The position numbers and the translations under genes are program-made. DNA of 64,000 bases from a virus, in the IMG/VR virus record IMGVR_UViG_3300036791_001578, positions 3,069 to 67,068 of that record. One strand, 5' to 3'. Every line of letters begins with the position of its first letter. Position 1 is the first letter of the stretch. Shown here one piece after another: positions 28,160-37,304 of this stretch. The notes under the pieces were generated by a model. The model saw nothing but the letters and a program-made list of their open reading frames with translations, did no database searches and was not told the origin of the DNA.

Positions 28160-28573
28160 TTAGTGCCGTCGACGTCGAGCCCAGTTCCGATGATGCATTC
28201 TTTGGCAGATATTACAGAAACGGTTACCGCTAGCACTATTTATCCCGATGTTTTCTGGAGTCCAAGGATGCACTCTTTTGCAATGATGAGTCTGGTGATA
28301 TTTGTGCATGTGTTCCTTGAAAGTGGTCGGGATCAAATGAGTCGGATTCGCGCAAGAATGCGTTTTGCACCAATGATGAAAACTTTGAGGAGGTGGCCCA
28401 ATCAATAGTTCCCAAATTGCTCTATGCGCTTGGCGGCTCTTGCAATTATAATGACATTGTCCATATCCGTGACTCAGGCCTGCCATCCAGAGCCAACAGC
28501 CGGTATTTGGCTCGATAAAAATATTATCTCGAATGCGCGTCGGCAACGCGCTAATGTCAGCGCGAAAATTCAT
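28160..28573 (-). CDS. HNH endonuclease
   Basis: GCWLW..GYG..AHRAIWE..HHWCKTHSCANPTHL, then HCKRVHPWTPEN..CNIC zinc finger. Confidence 0.88.
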   Translation of the reverse strand: MNFRADISALPTRIRDNIFIEPNTGCWLWMAGLSHGYGQCHYNCKSRQAHRAIWELLIGPPPQSFHHWCKTHSCANPTHLIPTTFKEHMHKYHQTHHCKRVHPWTPENIGINSASGNRFCNICQRMHHRNWARRRRH

Positions 28574-28632
28574 TGCACCCCCACGGTAATCGGAAGATTG
28601 CTGTGGGGGAATTTTTTTGTAAGCTCGAGCCC

Positions 28633-29436
28633 ATGGCGAACATATTAATGTGCCTCCAGCTCTCGCCCGTGGACGCGGACCAAGCGGTCGAATTGGTCAG
28701 GTTGATCGTAGCGCTGGATAAGCTCAAACCTGCCAACGCTCGGCCCGAATGGATGGTGTCTTATCGCAGAGACACGCCGCGGGGCCGCGTCACGACTATC
28801 TCTAACGAGCTCTGTGAGCGTTTCATGACCGTTTACACAACCGAAGCTAGCCACTATGCCAACGGCTGGCCGGCGGGTTCTAACGCCCTGTGGCGCTCAA
28901 CCATGGAAGACGTGGCCAGCATCTATCAAGCCGACGAACTTGAGGCTAAAGGCGTGTTAACTTTTGAGCCCGATTGCTGCCCGCTATCGCTCGATTGGAT
29001 TGACCGGCTAGCCGAGGCCTACGGGATGCGGTTACAGCCGATTCTTGGTAACCAGCATGGTGCCGGACTAGAAGCCACTCACATTAATGGAAACGCCATC
29101 TGGCCGGTGCAGTTAGCGATCGAATGGCCCCAGATGCTGAGCACTCCGCCCGAGACCGCCTGGGATTGGTATCATCGGGATTTTGTTTTGCAGCATGCCG
29201 AGGATACGCCGCTGATCACTCAGCTTTACCGGCGCAAAAACCTCTCGCCAACCGAATGGAAAAATATCGAGAAATCAGGGATCCGCCCGGTTCTGCTGCA
29301 TGGCATTAAGGACTCCTCTGCTCGCGCCCACGCTAGGACTCATCTCTTGCAGGCTAGCCCCGCCACTCGCAGGGTGCCACAAACAGTCCCGAAGGCGGTG
29401 ACTAAACGCAATTTGCAAACTCCGATGCAGCCCTAA
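28633..29436 (+). CDS. glycosyltransferase-like protein
   Basis: LTFEPDCCPL (ExD), HINGNAIW, AWD and LLHGIK pattern suggests a GT-A fold; ATG 28633 preferred as start. Confidence 0.5.
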   Translation: MANILMCLQLSPVDADQAVELVRLIVALDKLKPANARPEWMVSYRRDTPRGRVTTISNELCERFMTVYTTEASHYANGWPAGSNALWRSTMEDVASIYQADELEAKGVLTFEPDCCPLSLDWIDRLAEAYGMRLQPILGNQHGAGLEATHINGNAIWPVQLAIEWPQMLSTPPETAWDWYHRDFVLQHAEDTPLITQLYRRKNLSPTEWKNIEKSGIRPVLLHGIKDSSARAHARTHLLQASPATRRVPQTVPKAVTKRNLQTPMQP

Positions 29437-30153
29437 ATCCGCTGGATTCTGGGTCCAGCTGTGATACTGATGCCAGCGGTTAGGCGGCATGGCGGACTCA
29501 TGCATAAATGCGTACTCTTTGGCTTGGAAACGATAGGCATAACTCCCGAGCAGATCGTAGTCCATTAGTGTGATCGGATGGCTCGAAAATTTTAGCGGAT
29601 CAAACTCGTTATCCGAATAGACCAGCGCGTCATAGTAGCGGCCATGCATCCGAGCTAACCAATCCCGCATACCTTCGAAAGTATCTCGATGGTAAAGGAT
29701 CGGGTTGCGGGACATGAAATGAACCTCTGCCGGTTCTTGAGTGAGCCTTTCAGTAACCTTTTTCCAGGGGCTATGTGGAAAGAGCCCCATGTGTTCGTCG
29801 TAACGCACGTAGCCTAGTCGCGGGCGCTTCCCGTTGGCCAGATCGTTAAAGCGAACCGGCTCGAGCAGTATGCAATCCGAGTCCATAAGCAAGATGTAGT
29901 CGCCAGTGCAAAAATGGTCAGCCAGCGTTTTCATCCACATGGCGTGACAGTATCCGTCCGGCCAGGGCACCCGATAATAGACGTTCAGATCTAAAGCAAA
30001 AGCGTCTGGGTCAAATTCGCCGCGGCAATCTTCATCGAGCACGATCACTACCTGCGGCTCCTCTTCCATCCAATTGCATTCAAGGAAACGCAGGGCATAG
30101 GCTAGCCATTCCAAGTCCTGCAACCAGCTTTTGATAAAGATTGATACTTGCAT
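29275..30153 (-). CDS. glycosyltransferase-like protein (DUF6492-like)
   Basis: VSIFIKSW..D, KTLADHF..DYILLMDSDC (DxD), DYDLLG and QYHSW. Confidence 0.6.
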   Translation of the reverse strand: MQVSIFIKSWLQDLEWLAYALRFLECNWMEEEPQVVIVLDEDCRGEFDPDAFALDLNVYYRVPWPDGYCHAMWMKTLADHFCTGDYILLMDSDCILLEPVRFNDLANGKRPRLGYVRYDEHMGLFPHSPWKKVTERLTQEPAEVHFMSRNPILYHRDTFEGMRDWLARMHGRYYDALVYSDNEFDPLKFSSHPITLMDYDLLGSYAYRFQAKEYAFMHESAMPPNRWHQYHSWTQNPADLGLHRSLQIAFSHRLRDCLWHPASGGASLQEMSPSVGASRGVLNAMQQNRADP

Positions 30154-30195
30154 ATTTTTGAAGAGGGCCGGTACGCCTGATCCCCTGGTAAAGTC

Positions 30196-30612
30196 CTAGG
30201 CTTCTATCCTCGGCTCGAGCCCTAGCGAGTCCCTGGTGAATTCGCGTGCCTCGATGAATGAGGTAGTGACCAAAATCGGCGTACCGCGCTCACATTGACG
30301 AGCGATAAAAGCTTCTTGCTCCGGCGTCAAGCGTCCATAAGCGCTTTTGAATTCAATGAAACAATGCCGTTTTCCTTTCCACACATGAAAGTCACTGATG
30401 CCAACTCCGATGGAGCTTTTCTTGTCCATGCGTGAGTGGCAAAAGTCAAGATCGTTCAGTGTGAGCCAAGACTGGTATTGTTTGTGCAACCCGCGTTCGT
30501 CTTTTATCACGAATCGCTCGATGGCTTGGTCCTTGGTGAGCTGGCCTCCAGCGTAGAGCTTGCGATCGGCTGCATTCATCCAGCGTAAGATGTTTTCAGG
30601 AATGAGGGCCAT
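30196..30612 (-). CDS. VRR-NUC (PD-(D/E)xK) nuclease
   Basis: GISDF..CFIEFKSAYGRLTPEQEAF motif. Confidence 0.85.
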   Translation of the reverse strand: MALIPENILRWMNAADRKLYAGGQLTKDQAIERFVIKDERGLHKQYQSWLTLNDLDFCHSRMDKKSSIGVGISDFHVWKGKRHCFIEFKSAYGRLTPEQEAFIARQCERGTPILVTTSFIEAREFTRDSLGLEPRIEA

Positions 30613-30629
30613 ATGCTAACTGCTAGGAT

Positions 30630-31010
30630 ATGAGCGTTACCAAAGAGCAATGTCGTCGAGTCGCACAGCTTATGTTCCCAGAACTCTGGGTAGCCAATCC
30701 AGTGGAAGCCGTCGCTAAAGCGGTCGAATTTCTCTACGAAGCCGCCGAAGCCACCAGCGACGAATTAAATTTTACTGAAACCCAAAATTCGCAGCACGCT
30801 CAGAGCGGTGTTGTTCGAACGCTAGCGGACCACATCCGCCGGCACAAGCTCCACATCAATGTGGTCGCCAGGACTATAGGTGTCTCGCAGTATACGGTTA
30901 GAACTTGGTTAGAAGGAAAATATTCTCCCAACGAGGTCAATAGCGCCAAGATTACGGACTTTATCGAAAACCTTCAGGCTACACCGGAGCTCTTGAAGCC
31001 CGAGGCCTGA
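30630..31010 (+). CDS. Cro/C1-type HTH protein with N-terminal helical domain
   Basis: INVVARTIGVSQYTVRTWLEGKYSP; paralog of 48546..48911. Confidence 0.75.
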   Translation: MSVTKEQCRRVAQLMFPELWVANPVEAVAKAVEFLYEAAEATSDELNFTETQNSQHAQSGVVRTLADHIRRHKLHINVVARTIGVSQYTVRTWLEGKYSPNEVNSAKITDFIENLQATPELLKPEA

Positions 31011-31575
31011 CTTCGACCGCGATAACAAAAGTGCTGGACGCCGAAGGGATGTGCTCGTTGCTGAAAATATACGTCCCTCCATTTTTTATCGCCCTCTCTA
31101 GGAGTTGGGCCACCGTGGACTGATAGTTAAAGCCCGCACGGACCTGCGGCGGAACTGGCGGCGGTGCGACAGGAGCGCTCGGTGCCGGTTGTTCCACCGT
31201 CCCATTGCTAGGTTTCATGGCATCGACATCCATTCCCGTCATGAGGCTAGGGAAAGCCAGCGCCGGGTTGCCAGCTCGCAGGTCTTCTTCCGGTGTCGGC
31301 GCCTTGACCGTTTTGGAAGGCGCCCGCGGATTCGTTATCGGATTACTGGCCTGGGTCCGGCGTTTGGTATTCGAATTACGAATGACTCCGCCTTTGGTGA
31401 TGCCCATCGTGCTGAGACTCTTCGGGCCTTGCGGCCCCGCCGGCGCCGAGGGTGGCGGATAGATGGTTAGACTCAGATCCTCCGCGGGAGGCTCTGGCGC
31501 TCGCCTTAGCTCTGCTTCGGCCTTAGCTACCGATTCGCTTAAACCCTCATTGAGCCATTTATCGAGGTCACTCAT
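30979..31575 (-). CDS. Pro-rich hypothetical protein
   Basis: 198 aa; ATGA overlap with the recT stop. Confidence 0.6.
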   Translation of the reverse strand: MSDLDKWLNEGLSESVAKAEAELRRAPEPPAEDLSLTIYPPPSAPAGPQGPKSLSTMGITKGGVIRNSNTKRRTQASNPITNPRAPSKTVKAPTPEEDLRAGNPALAFPSLMTGMDVDAMKPSNGTVEQPAPSAPVAPPPVPPQVRAGFNYQSTVAQLLERAIKNGGTYIFSNEHIPSASSTFVIAVEVRPRASRAPV

Positions 31576-32630
31576 GGTTGAGGTCCAAACTCGAGCCCAT
31601 CCGCTACGCTCGCCAGCTCCGCTTGATAATCCGCGTCAGCTCGTGCCTTGATCGCTTTATAATGGCTTTTGAGGTTTTCGTCTACGTTTCCCCAGCCTTT
31701 AGCCACCTTCTCTAACCAAGGCTTGATCCCAATAATTTCGCCTTTGGTCAGGCTTCCCACCGTGCGTCCGTCGAATACTTCGATGCGCGTGATCTGGAAT
31801 TCGTGCCAGTCCTCCTCGATTACTGGAGCAGCGTGGATGGGTGCCGGCGGGCTCTGGATTCTAGGGGCCACCGGTAATGTCGGCTGTTGCGGCTGTTCTG
31901 AGCGTGGGAAGACGCCTTGAGCCCGTTGGGCGGCTCCAATATCGAGATTGCCTTTCTCGCGTTCGCCTTCCCAGTACTTTTTCTCTCTGCTGGCCCGCCG
32001 GATCATTTCGGCCTCAACTCCTTCCTCGCTGTTCGGATCCAGAATCGGGGCGAGCTCCTCGGGGATGTAGAGCCCACTGCATTGCTGGCTATAGGCACCG
32101 CGGTAGCAAGCCGCCAGCGTGCATTTACCCAGCATATGACTGGCCATGCGTTTCCAGAACGCGTTGGGCACTTCGTTGCCTTGCTTATCCCACTCGAGCT
32201 GTACGACGGCATCCCAGCGCACGACCGCATATTGAGGCCGGCTTCGGTCGTTGCGATAAATGCAGGCCTTGGCGGCGAGTGGCGGATCCGGTAACAGCCA
32301 GACCTTGGTCCACACTCCATCAGCATCGCACCACTCTATTTCGCTCTCCCCATCGTGCTTGCCGCTGCGCTCGGCTATATTGCGCAGGCCTTGCAAGGTC
32401 GTGATGATAAGAAGGCTCGGAACCTTGGTGCCGTCTGGCAGCGTTTGTTCGCGAATGAGGGGTTTAATCTGGGCGGTAAAAGGATCGAGGCACGTCCTCT
32501 CGCAAACCTCAAAAAAATATAAACAGTACTCTTCGTTCAGGGCGGCACAGACTGGTGAACCGCGTAAAATGTTTCTTTGCTCGTCACTGAGAAAGCCGCT
32601 TGAGCGCACTTCGCCATTGGCATTCGACAT
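31572..32630 (-). CDS. recT: RecT/Red-beta family single-strand annealing protein
   Basis: CERTCLDPFTAQI, GLRNIAERSGKHDG, WTKVWL..PPLAAK, WKRMASHMLGKC and SGLYIPEEL; ATG 32630 preferred as start. Confidence 0.88.
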   Translation of the reverse strand: MSNANGEVRSSGFLSDEQRNILRGSPVCAALNEEYCLYFFEVCERTCLDPFTAQIKPLIREQTLPDGTKVPSLLIITTLQGLRNIAERSGKHDGESEIEWCDADGVWTKVWLLPDPPLAAKACIYRNDRSRPQYAVVRWDAVVQLEWDKQGNEVPNAFWKRMASHMLGKCTLAACYRGAYSQQCSGLYIPEELAPILDPNSEEGVEAEMIRRASREKKYWEGEREKGNLDIGAAQRAQGVFPRSEQPQQPTLPVAPRIQSPPAPIHAAPVIEEDWHEFQITRIEVFDGRTVGSLTKGEIIGIKPWLEKVAKGWGNVDENLKSHYKAIKARADADYQAELASVADGLEFGPQP

Positions 32631-32670
32631 AGAAGCCAAGATAAAGTTCGCTCAAGCCAGGGAGTCAAGC

Positions 32671-32910
32671 ATGGTTTTAGTCGACGTCTTATGGAGCTTT
32701 CCGGTGAACACTCTGATCGTAGAGTGTGCCTGCGAAAACGTCTTTTTCTGGCCTTCGAATTACTCGGTCGTGCGTTGCGGAAAATGCAACAAACAGATGC
32801 TGTGGCACAGCGTAGATCCAAAGCCAGCTACCGGCCCGTGGAGCTTGCCGGTGATGGAGCACCGACTCTGGGATCGACAGCCAATAATCCATCGGGGTCG
32901 AATTGAGTGA
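32671..32910 (+). CDS. small zinc-ribbon protein
   Basis: ECAC...VRCGKC in the 3' part of ORF 32260..32910; ATG 32671 lies divergent from recT. Confidence 0.5.
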   Translation: MVLVDVLWSFPVNTLIVECACENVFFWPSNYSVVRCGKCNKQMLWHSVDPKPATGPWSLPVMEHRLWDRQPIIHRGRIE

Positions 32911-33002
32911 GCCCGTTCACCGAGACGTTGTGAGAAAGGGAACGTGTTTGGCGGGCTCATGCGCAGGCTCGCCATTCTGCTTTGCGGTAGCCATGAGACT
33001 AG

Positions 33003-33483
33003 GGAAACGCACCTAGTCCTCCTCAGTCAAGAATCACTTTGGTTATCGTTGAAAGATCGAAAACGACCGTTTCGCCACGATGCCCAGTCCTGATGCCTGT
33101 ATAGCCGTCGGCCAGAAAGTATTCGCGAACCAGTTTGGCAATGATGTCCCGATCGTTGTCACGTACTGTCAGCATTTCCTGATCGCGAAATGCTATGAAA
33201 TGGAAAAACTGCTCCTCGTAGGTCGAGGGTTCCAGATTCACGCCATTATCCAGGAAGTAAGGATTCTCAATATAGGCAAAGCGACTGACGTCGACGTAGA
33301 CCTTGAGGACTTTCCCATGGCACTTGGCAATCCGGTATTGAGGTGTCAGGTAAATGCCTAGACCAAAATCGCCAGCGTCCTTGCGTCGCGGTCCGTCGAG
33401 TCTAAAGCCTTCAGCAATGATCTTTTCAGCTGCGTCGGTTCCGTGGTAGTAACGCTGATTCATTGAGGAAACGCACCTAGTCC
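33003..33483. repeat. 17-bp direct repeats flanking the ART-like gene
   Basis: ggaaacgcacctagtcc at 33003-33019 and 33467-33483, each followed by gtcaaga. Confidence 0.85.
33023..33463 (-). CDS. ADP-ribosyltransferase-fold protein (H-Y-E type)
   Basis: YYHGT, FGLGIYLT, GYTGI and ETVVFD motifs. Confidence 0.65.
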   Translation of the reverse strand: MNQRYYHGTDAAEKIIAEGFRLDGPRRKDAGDFGLGIYLTPQYRIAKCHGKVLKVYVDVSRFAYIENPYFLDNGVNLEPSTYEEQFFHFIAFRDQEMLTVRDNDRDIIAKLVREYFLADGYTGIRTGHRGETVVFDLSTITKVILD

Positions 33484-33509
33484 CGTCACGTCAAGAGGGG
33501 ATTACTTTC

Positions 33510-33716
33510 TTAAGTTCCGTAGAACGGATCGTGCCAGCAACAACTGTCAGCGGGCCGTAGGACCCAAACGTTATCGATTTCGTAGAGCCCGAAAATATTC
33601 GCGGCCTTATTTAGCATCGGTTGAGTAGAGATGACTGCCTCGCCGCTTTCGGATATCCAATTCAAAAGCTCGGCAACCATTTCGCGTTCCTCTTTGTGCA
33701 TTTCTTCTGTAGTCAT
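33510..33716 (-). CDS. hypothetical protein
   Basis: 68 aa, ATGA-coupled. Confidence 0.5.
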   Translation of the reverse strand: MTTEEMHKEEREMVAELLNWISESGEAVISTQPMLNKAANIFGLYEIDNVWVLRPADSCCWHDPFYGT

Positions 33717-34069
33717 AAAGGGAACGGATCTGGAATGACCACCTCTTTGAACTCGCCCTTTTCGATATCCAATACCAGGTTGGCCTTAGCCTCGATGTCC
33801 ATCGCCTGGACGAAAGAATATCTGCCGGCCTCTTTGATCGAACGAGTGTAGCCGCTTGAACCAGGTTTCCACCACCAGGCAAAGTGTTCCTCGCTCCAGA
33901 TCAAATACGGACCCTTGGGGCTTTCCTCGATCATAGACATTAGCAACTCGCGATAGCGTTGGATCCGATCCGGCCAAGTACCTTGGATTTTTTTGAGGTA
34001 GAGGTAGAGCGCGGCTAGCTCGCAGATGTATTCGAGGTCTTTAAGCTGGGTCGAATTAAATTGTTCCAC
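33713..34069 (-). CDS. hypothetical protein
   Basis: YLIWSEEHFAWWKPGSSGYT..AGRY pattern seen in small phage proteins; GTG 34069 preferred as start. Confidence 0.6.
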   Translation of the reverse strand: MEQFNSTQLKDLEYICELAALYLYLKKIQGTWPDRIQRYRELLMSMIEESPKGPYLIWSEEHFAWWWKPGSSGYTRSIKEAGRYSFVQAMDIEAKANLVLDIEKGEFKEVVIPDPFPL

Positions 34070-34071
34070 GG

Positions 34072-34449
34072 TTAGAAGTCCTCCCGATAACCAATCGTAA
34101 TCACGGGCTCGGCGTCGTCGCCAGGACCGCAGTGGCAAACCAACGTCTTGGTTCTCGGCGCTCTGTCGGTCTGGAGACTCACCTTAAACTCAAACTCGCT
34201 TTGGGAGCGGTTCCTCCGAGCCTCGAAGGATGCCATCCATAGGACGTCCCAGAGTCGCCCTTCGACATCCTGGCAACTCATGATGGGAACCTCTTGAACG
34301 TCACTCCAAGCATGTTGGGTTAACGCTACCGGGATTTTAAATCCGGCCTCGCTCGCCAATTGCGTGCAATCAAATAACAGCCCATCCTCAATCGCTTGCT
34401 TGCGCGAGTAAGAATAAATCACTTCGCCAAATATCGATTCGTCGCTCAT
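34072..34449 (-). CDS. DUF6573-like phage/plasmid protein
   Basis: VIYSYSRKQAIEDG..EAGFKIPVALT..GRLWDVLWM..GPGDDAEPVITI. Confidence 0.75.
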   Translation of the reverse strand: MSDESIFGEVIYSYSRKQAIEDGLLFDCTQLASEAGFKIPVALTQHAWSDVQEVPIMSCQDVEGRLWDVLWMASFEARRNRSQSEFEFKVSLQTDRAPRTKTLVCHCGPGDDAEPVITIGYREDF

Positions 34450-34457
34450 ATGGCTCT

Positions 34458-34679
34458 TTAATCGTAGATTTTGTAGACGGCAGCGTAGCGGCGTAGTTCG
34501 GCAAGTATCTGCTCGCCGATCGGCGTCCAAATATAATCTTCGCCCTCGAAGGTCTTAAGCTCTTCAATGGCCTTTTTATCCATCAAAGATATGTTCTGCT
34601 CAAAGTGTTGTGCTTCGTAACGATAAACCGCTCGAAGCTTGCAAAGCAGACTCTCAAAGTCTTTGCCGATGTTGCTCAT
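34458..34679 (-). CDS. hypothetical protein
   Basis: 73 aa, ATGA-coupled. Confidence 0.55.
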   Translation of the reverse strand: MSNIGKDFESLLCKLRAVYRYEAQHFEQNISLMDKKAIEELKTFEGEDYIWTPIGEQILAELRRYAAVYKIYD

Positions 34680-34957
34680 AGTGAGACGTAACCTCCTTCG
34701 GCTTTGCGGGCGGCTGCTACGATATCCGCGAAGCCTTCCCGGCCACTGAAGTAGCGCTGCCGTCCGTCAGGAAATTTCACGCACAGGCCTCCATTGTTGC
34801 TGCACCGGACGATCTCGGCAGGCAGCGGCTCCGAGAACGGTGGATCGTTTACCAGGACAAAATCACCGGGTTTGAGCTGTCGATGGAGTTGGTCAAACAT
34901 TCTCATTAGACGTAGCGAGGCATTTTTTAAAGCGCTTGAGTCGCCGGAATAGTCCAT
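34676..34957 (-). CDS. small SH3/KOW-like protein
   Basis: LKPGDFVLV..AEIV..LCVKFPDG. Confidence 0.5.
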   Translation of the reverse strand: MDYSGDSSALKNASLRLMRMFDQLHRQLKPGDFVLVNDPPFSEPLPAEIVRCSNNGGLCVKFPDGRQRYFSGREGFADIVAAARKAEGGYVSL

Positions 34958-35148
34958 TAGCGCTCCTCTCGATAGTCGTTAACGGCATCTTCAATGTCGC
35001 GGTTCTCCGCGGCGCAGTGGCCGCAGAGCTCATCGCCGCTTTGCACCAGGTTGCCGCATTGGACGCAGCGATCAGACTCCTCCTCCTCATCGTGGCGAAG
35101 GCCTTGAACGATGTCCCTGGAGGTGTTTTGGATCGAAGTGTTGTTCAT
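34957..35148 (-). CDS. small Zn-finger protein
   Basis: RCVQCG..LCGHC; ATG lies just after the leftward promoter. Confidence 0.55.
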   Translation of the reverse strand: MNNTSIQNTSRDIVQGLRHDEEEESDRCVQCGNLVQSGDELCGHCAAENRDIEDAVNDYREER

Positions 35149-35156
35149 TGTGCAGG

Positions 35157-35201
35157 AATATGTCATGCTCCCTTTCGTAGTGCAAGAAAAAGTTTCAATA
35201 A
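35157..35201 (-). promoter_or_regulatory. leftward sigma70-like promoter, copy 1
   Basis: TTGCAC-17-CATATT with extended TG; 21 bp (35181-35201) is an exact inverted copy of 37251-37271. Confidence 0.65.
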
Positions 35202-35210
35202 ATTATTCTA

Positions 35211-35501
35211 ATGCCTAGCCCCAACATCACTCCTGGGAGAAGTCTCCGTTGCTTTTGGGAAGTCACCGCCGGCGTTATCCCCGGCCAGCCTATGCCGGAG
35301 CTCGGCCAAAGCTGGACCATCACTGACGAATACATCCAAACCCTCCAAGAGATGGGAGAGCTGACTCAAGAACAGTGGAAAGAGCACTTTCCCGACGGCT
35401 CCAAGTTTTATCAGTTCCAGCAAGAGGCCTTCGACTATGCCCGCTCCCTGAGTGATCCCTCTAAGGTCAACTGGGTCAAAGTAGTATGGATCTGGCTTTA
35501 G
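35211..35501 (+). CDS. hypothetical protein
   Basis: 96 aa isolated + strand ORF with protein-like composition. Confidence 0.55.
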   Translation: MPSPNITPGRSLRCFWEVTAGVIPGQPMPELGQSWTITDEYIQTLQEMGELTQEQWKEHFPDGSKFYQFQQEAFDYARSLSDPSKVNWVKVVWIWL

Positions 35502-35650
35502 GGCATTACGCCTCGGTAATTAAGCGCGGCATCGAGCACCTTGATGATCCAGCTTGAATCTAATGTGTGCATCGGTCGTCGGAGGGATGCCGCTCGAGCC
35601 ACGTTAGCTCGAGCGGCTTAAGCCCCAGTGACAATGAGAATTGCCGTTCG

Positions 35651-35857
35651 TCAACGGCCACCGGAGCTCTGTGTGCGGTCCCCCACCGCGACATCTTTAC
35701 TAAGTAATTTTTGCTCGCAATAAGTCCGCAGCGCGGATTTTAGGCGCTTATGCAAACGCTCAGTGGCCTCGTCGTACAGGTCAGGACGGTTCCTTTTAAC
35801 GAGGGCTAGCTGAGTTATTATAAATTCAATTGCTTTAAAGATTAGGTCTTCAGCCAT
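35651..35857 (-). CDS. hypothetical protein
   Basis: Helical ORF; MAEDLIFK start preferred. Confidence 0.4.
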   Translation of the reverse strand: MAEDLIFKAIEFIITQLALVKRNRPDLYDEATERLHKRLKSALRTYCEQKLLSKDVAVGDRTQSSGGR

Positions 35858-36028
35858 TGGGATCCTTTGTCTAGCAGTAAATTTTAATGAAAGCTTTCGA
35901 GCGTAGTTCACCGGAGATTTCCATGTCGACTTCGAGAGTCGCCTCCTGGCCGTTGCCGCCGACTACGCGGAAGCTGTGGACCTTAACTACCACGGCGTAA
36001 ATACTCGCGAGCACTTCAGTCAGGTTGA

Positions 36029-36511
36029 TCATAAGAGATCGATGAGCCGGTCGAAGAAAGCGTCTTTTTCTGCCGGCCTTCGCTCCTCAGGGAGTAGATC
36101 GATGCAGCGTCCCTCTGCATCGCGAATGATGTCGAAGAATTGACGTAGCTTGGTGCGCCGATCGCTGGCAAAGCTCATCACGATCTCTTTGCGCTGGTCC
36201 GCCGGACGTTGGCTTGCCGGTGTCATATCCAGCGGATTATCCGGCGGATTGGTTGCCGTCCACGCCTCCCCCACAAAGGAAAAGGCGACGGCGTTGAGCC
36301 TGCGAAGATGCTCTTTGATCGCGATTAGGATAATAAGTTTCTCTCGGGGACTCTTCCAGGGCGCCCCGATAACTTCCATGTTCCCATCCGGCTTGACGAT
36401 GACAAAGACACCTAGCAGATCTTGATGCAGTCCGACCATCACGGTAGTGGCCTGCTGTTGGGCTAAATCCATCAGATGCCCAACTACGTCTCGCGATAAA
36501 TCCAAGCTCAT
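36029..36511 (-). CDS. hypothetical protein
   Basis: 160 aa with FVGEAW..RKEIV pattern; ATGA-coupled. Confidence 0.65.
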   Translation of the reverse strand: MSLDLSRDVVGHLMDLAQQQATTVMVGLHQDLLGVFVIVKPDGNMEVIGAPWKSPREKLIILIAIKEHLRRLNAVAFSFVGEAWTATNPPDNPLDMTPASQRPADQRKEIVMSFASDRRTKLRQFFDIIRDAEGRCIDLLPEERRPAEKDAFFDRLIDLL

Positions 36512-36981
36512 AAAGCGGTCCCTTCTGCATAGTAAATTTCTCCGTCAGCTCCTTTGTGGCCGACTTTTTGCCAAGTGGCGTGACTCCAGCGTGGGTAGCC
36601 TTCGGGCACGCCAGTGCAAGCCAATTCGTGGAGAATTGAGGTTCGCGAGAGTGGACGCCTGCTATTAGCTTGTAGCCATTCCAACAAATCTTCGAGCCTT
36701 TCCTGACTGAGGTTTCGTGTGGCAAACCAGCAGGCTGCTCGGATCTGATCCCCGCTAAGGCCGTACTGACGCAATCGCGTGTAATCTGGGCACGGGTAAA
36801 GGAAGCTACCGCCGCCGTGGCGATAGTTTACACGTCGAAATTGGACCAGTTCTTCGTGCTCGACCATCTGGCCGAGGCTATTCATGATTCCAGCCCACTT
36901 TTTTGTAGCCAAGAAATCGCGCTTGCGCGGGCTGGGAAGCATTTTGAGCGCTGCGCAGAGATGTTTTATTCCAGTATTCAT
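36508..36981 (-). CDS. hypothetical protein
   Basis: 157 aa, ATGA-coupled on both sides. Confidence 0.6.
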   Translation of the reverse strand: MNTGIKHLCAALKMLPSPRKRDFLATKKWAGIMNSLGQMVEHEELVQFRRVNYRHGGGSFLYPCPDYTRLRQYGLSGDQIRAACWFATRNLSQERLEDLLEWLQANSRRPLSRTSILHELACTGVPEGYPRWSHATWQKVGHKGADGEIYYAEGTAL

Positions 36982-37208
36982 AACAACTGAAAACTGTATT
37001 CGTAGTCCATGTCGATCGCTTCGAGTAGCTCGTCGATAGCGGCCTGCGGCGTCGGCCCCCAGCCCTGGCGATCGCCCAAATCGTAGTCCGCGAATGTCGC
37101 TCGGTAATCCGAAGTTCGGGACGGAATAGGAGGATACACAAAATCAGTCACGACGGTACGGGTACGCCCATTGTAGGTGACCTCGCCTTGCAAAAGTTTA
37201 TGTCTCAT
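36978..37208 (-). CDS. hypothetical protein
   Basis: VYPPIP..DYRA..GWGPTPQAAIDEL pattern; ATG 37208 preferred as start. Confidence 0.55.
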   Translation of the reverse strand: MRHKLLQGEVTYNGRTRTVVTDFVYPPIPSRTSDYRATFADYDLGDRQGWGPTPQAAIDELLEAIDMDYEYSFQLL

Positions 37209-37250
37209 TTGTCTCTGAGAGTACAGGCGTCTTTCGCGAAGCGCAAACAA

Positions 37251-37295
37251 TTATTGAAACTTTTTCTTGCATACTAATGACCACCGTCTTATGAT
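37251..37295 (+). promoter_or_regulatory. rightward sigma70-like promoter, copy 2
   Basis: TTGCAT (37267-72), 17-nt spacer, TATGAT (37290-95); ATG at 37305. Confidence 0.75.
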
Positions 37296-37304
37296 GCTCT
37301 CACA

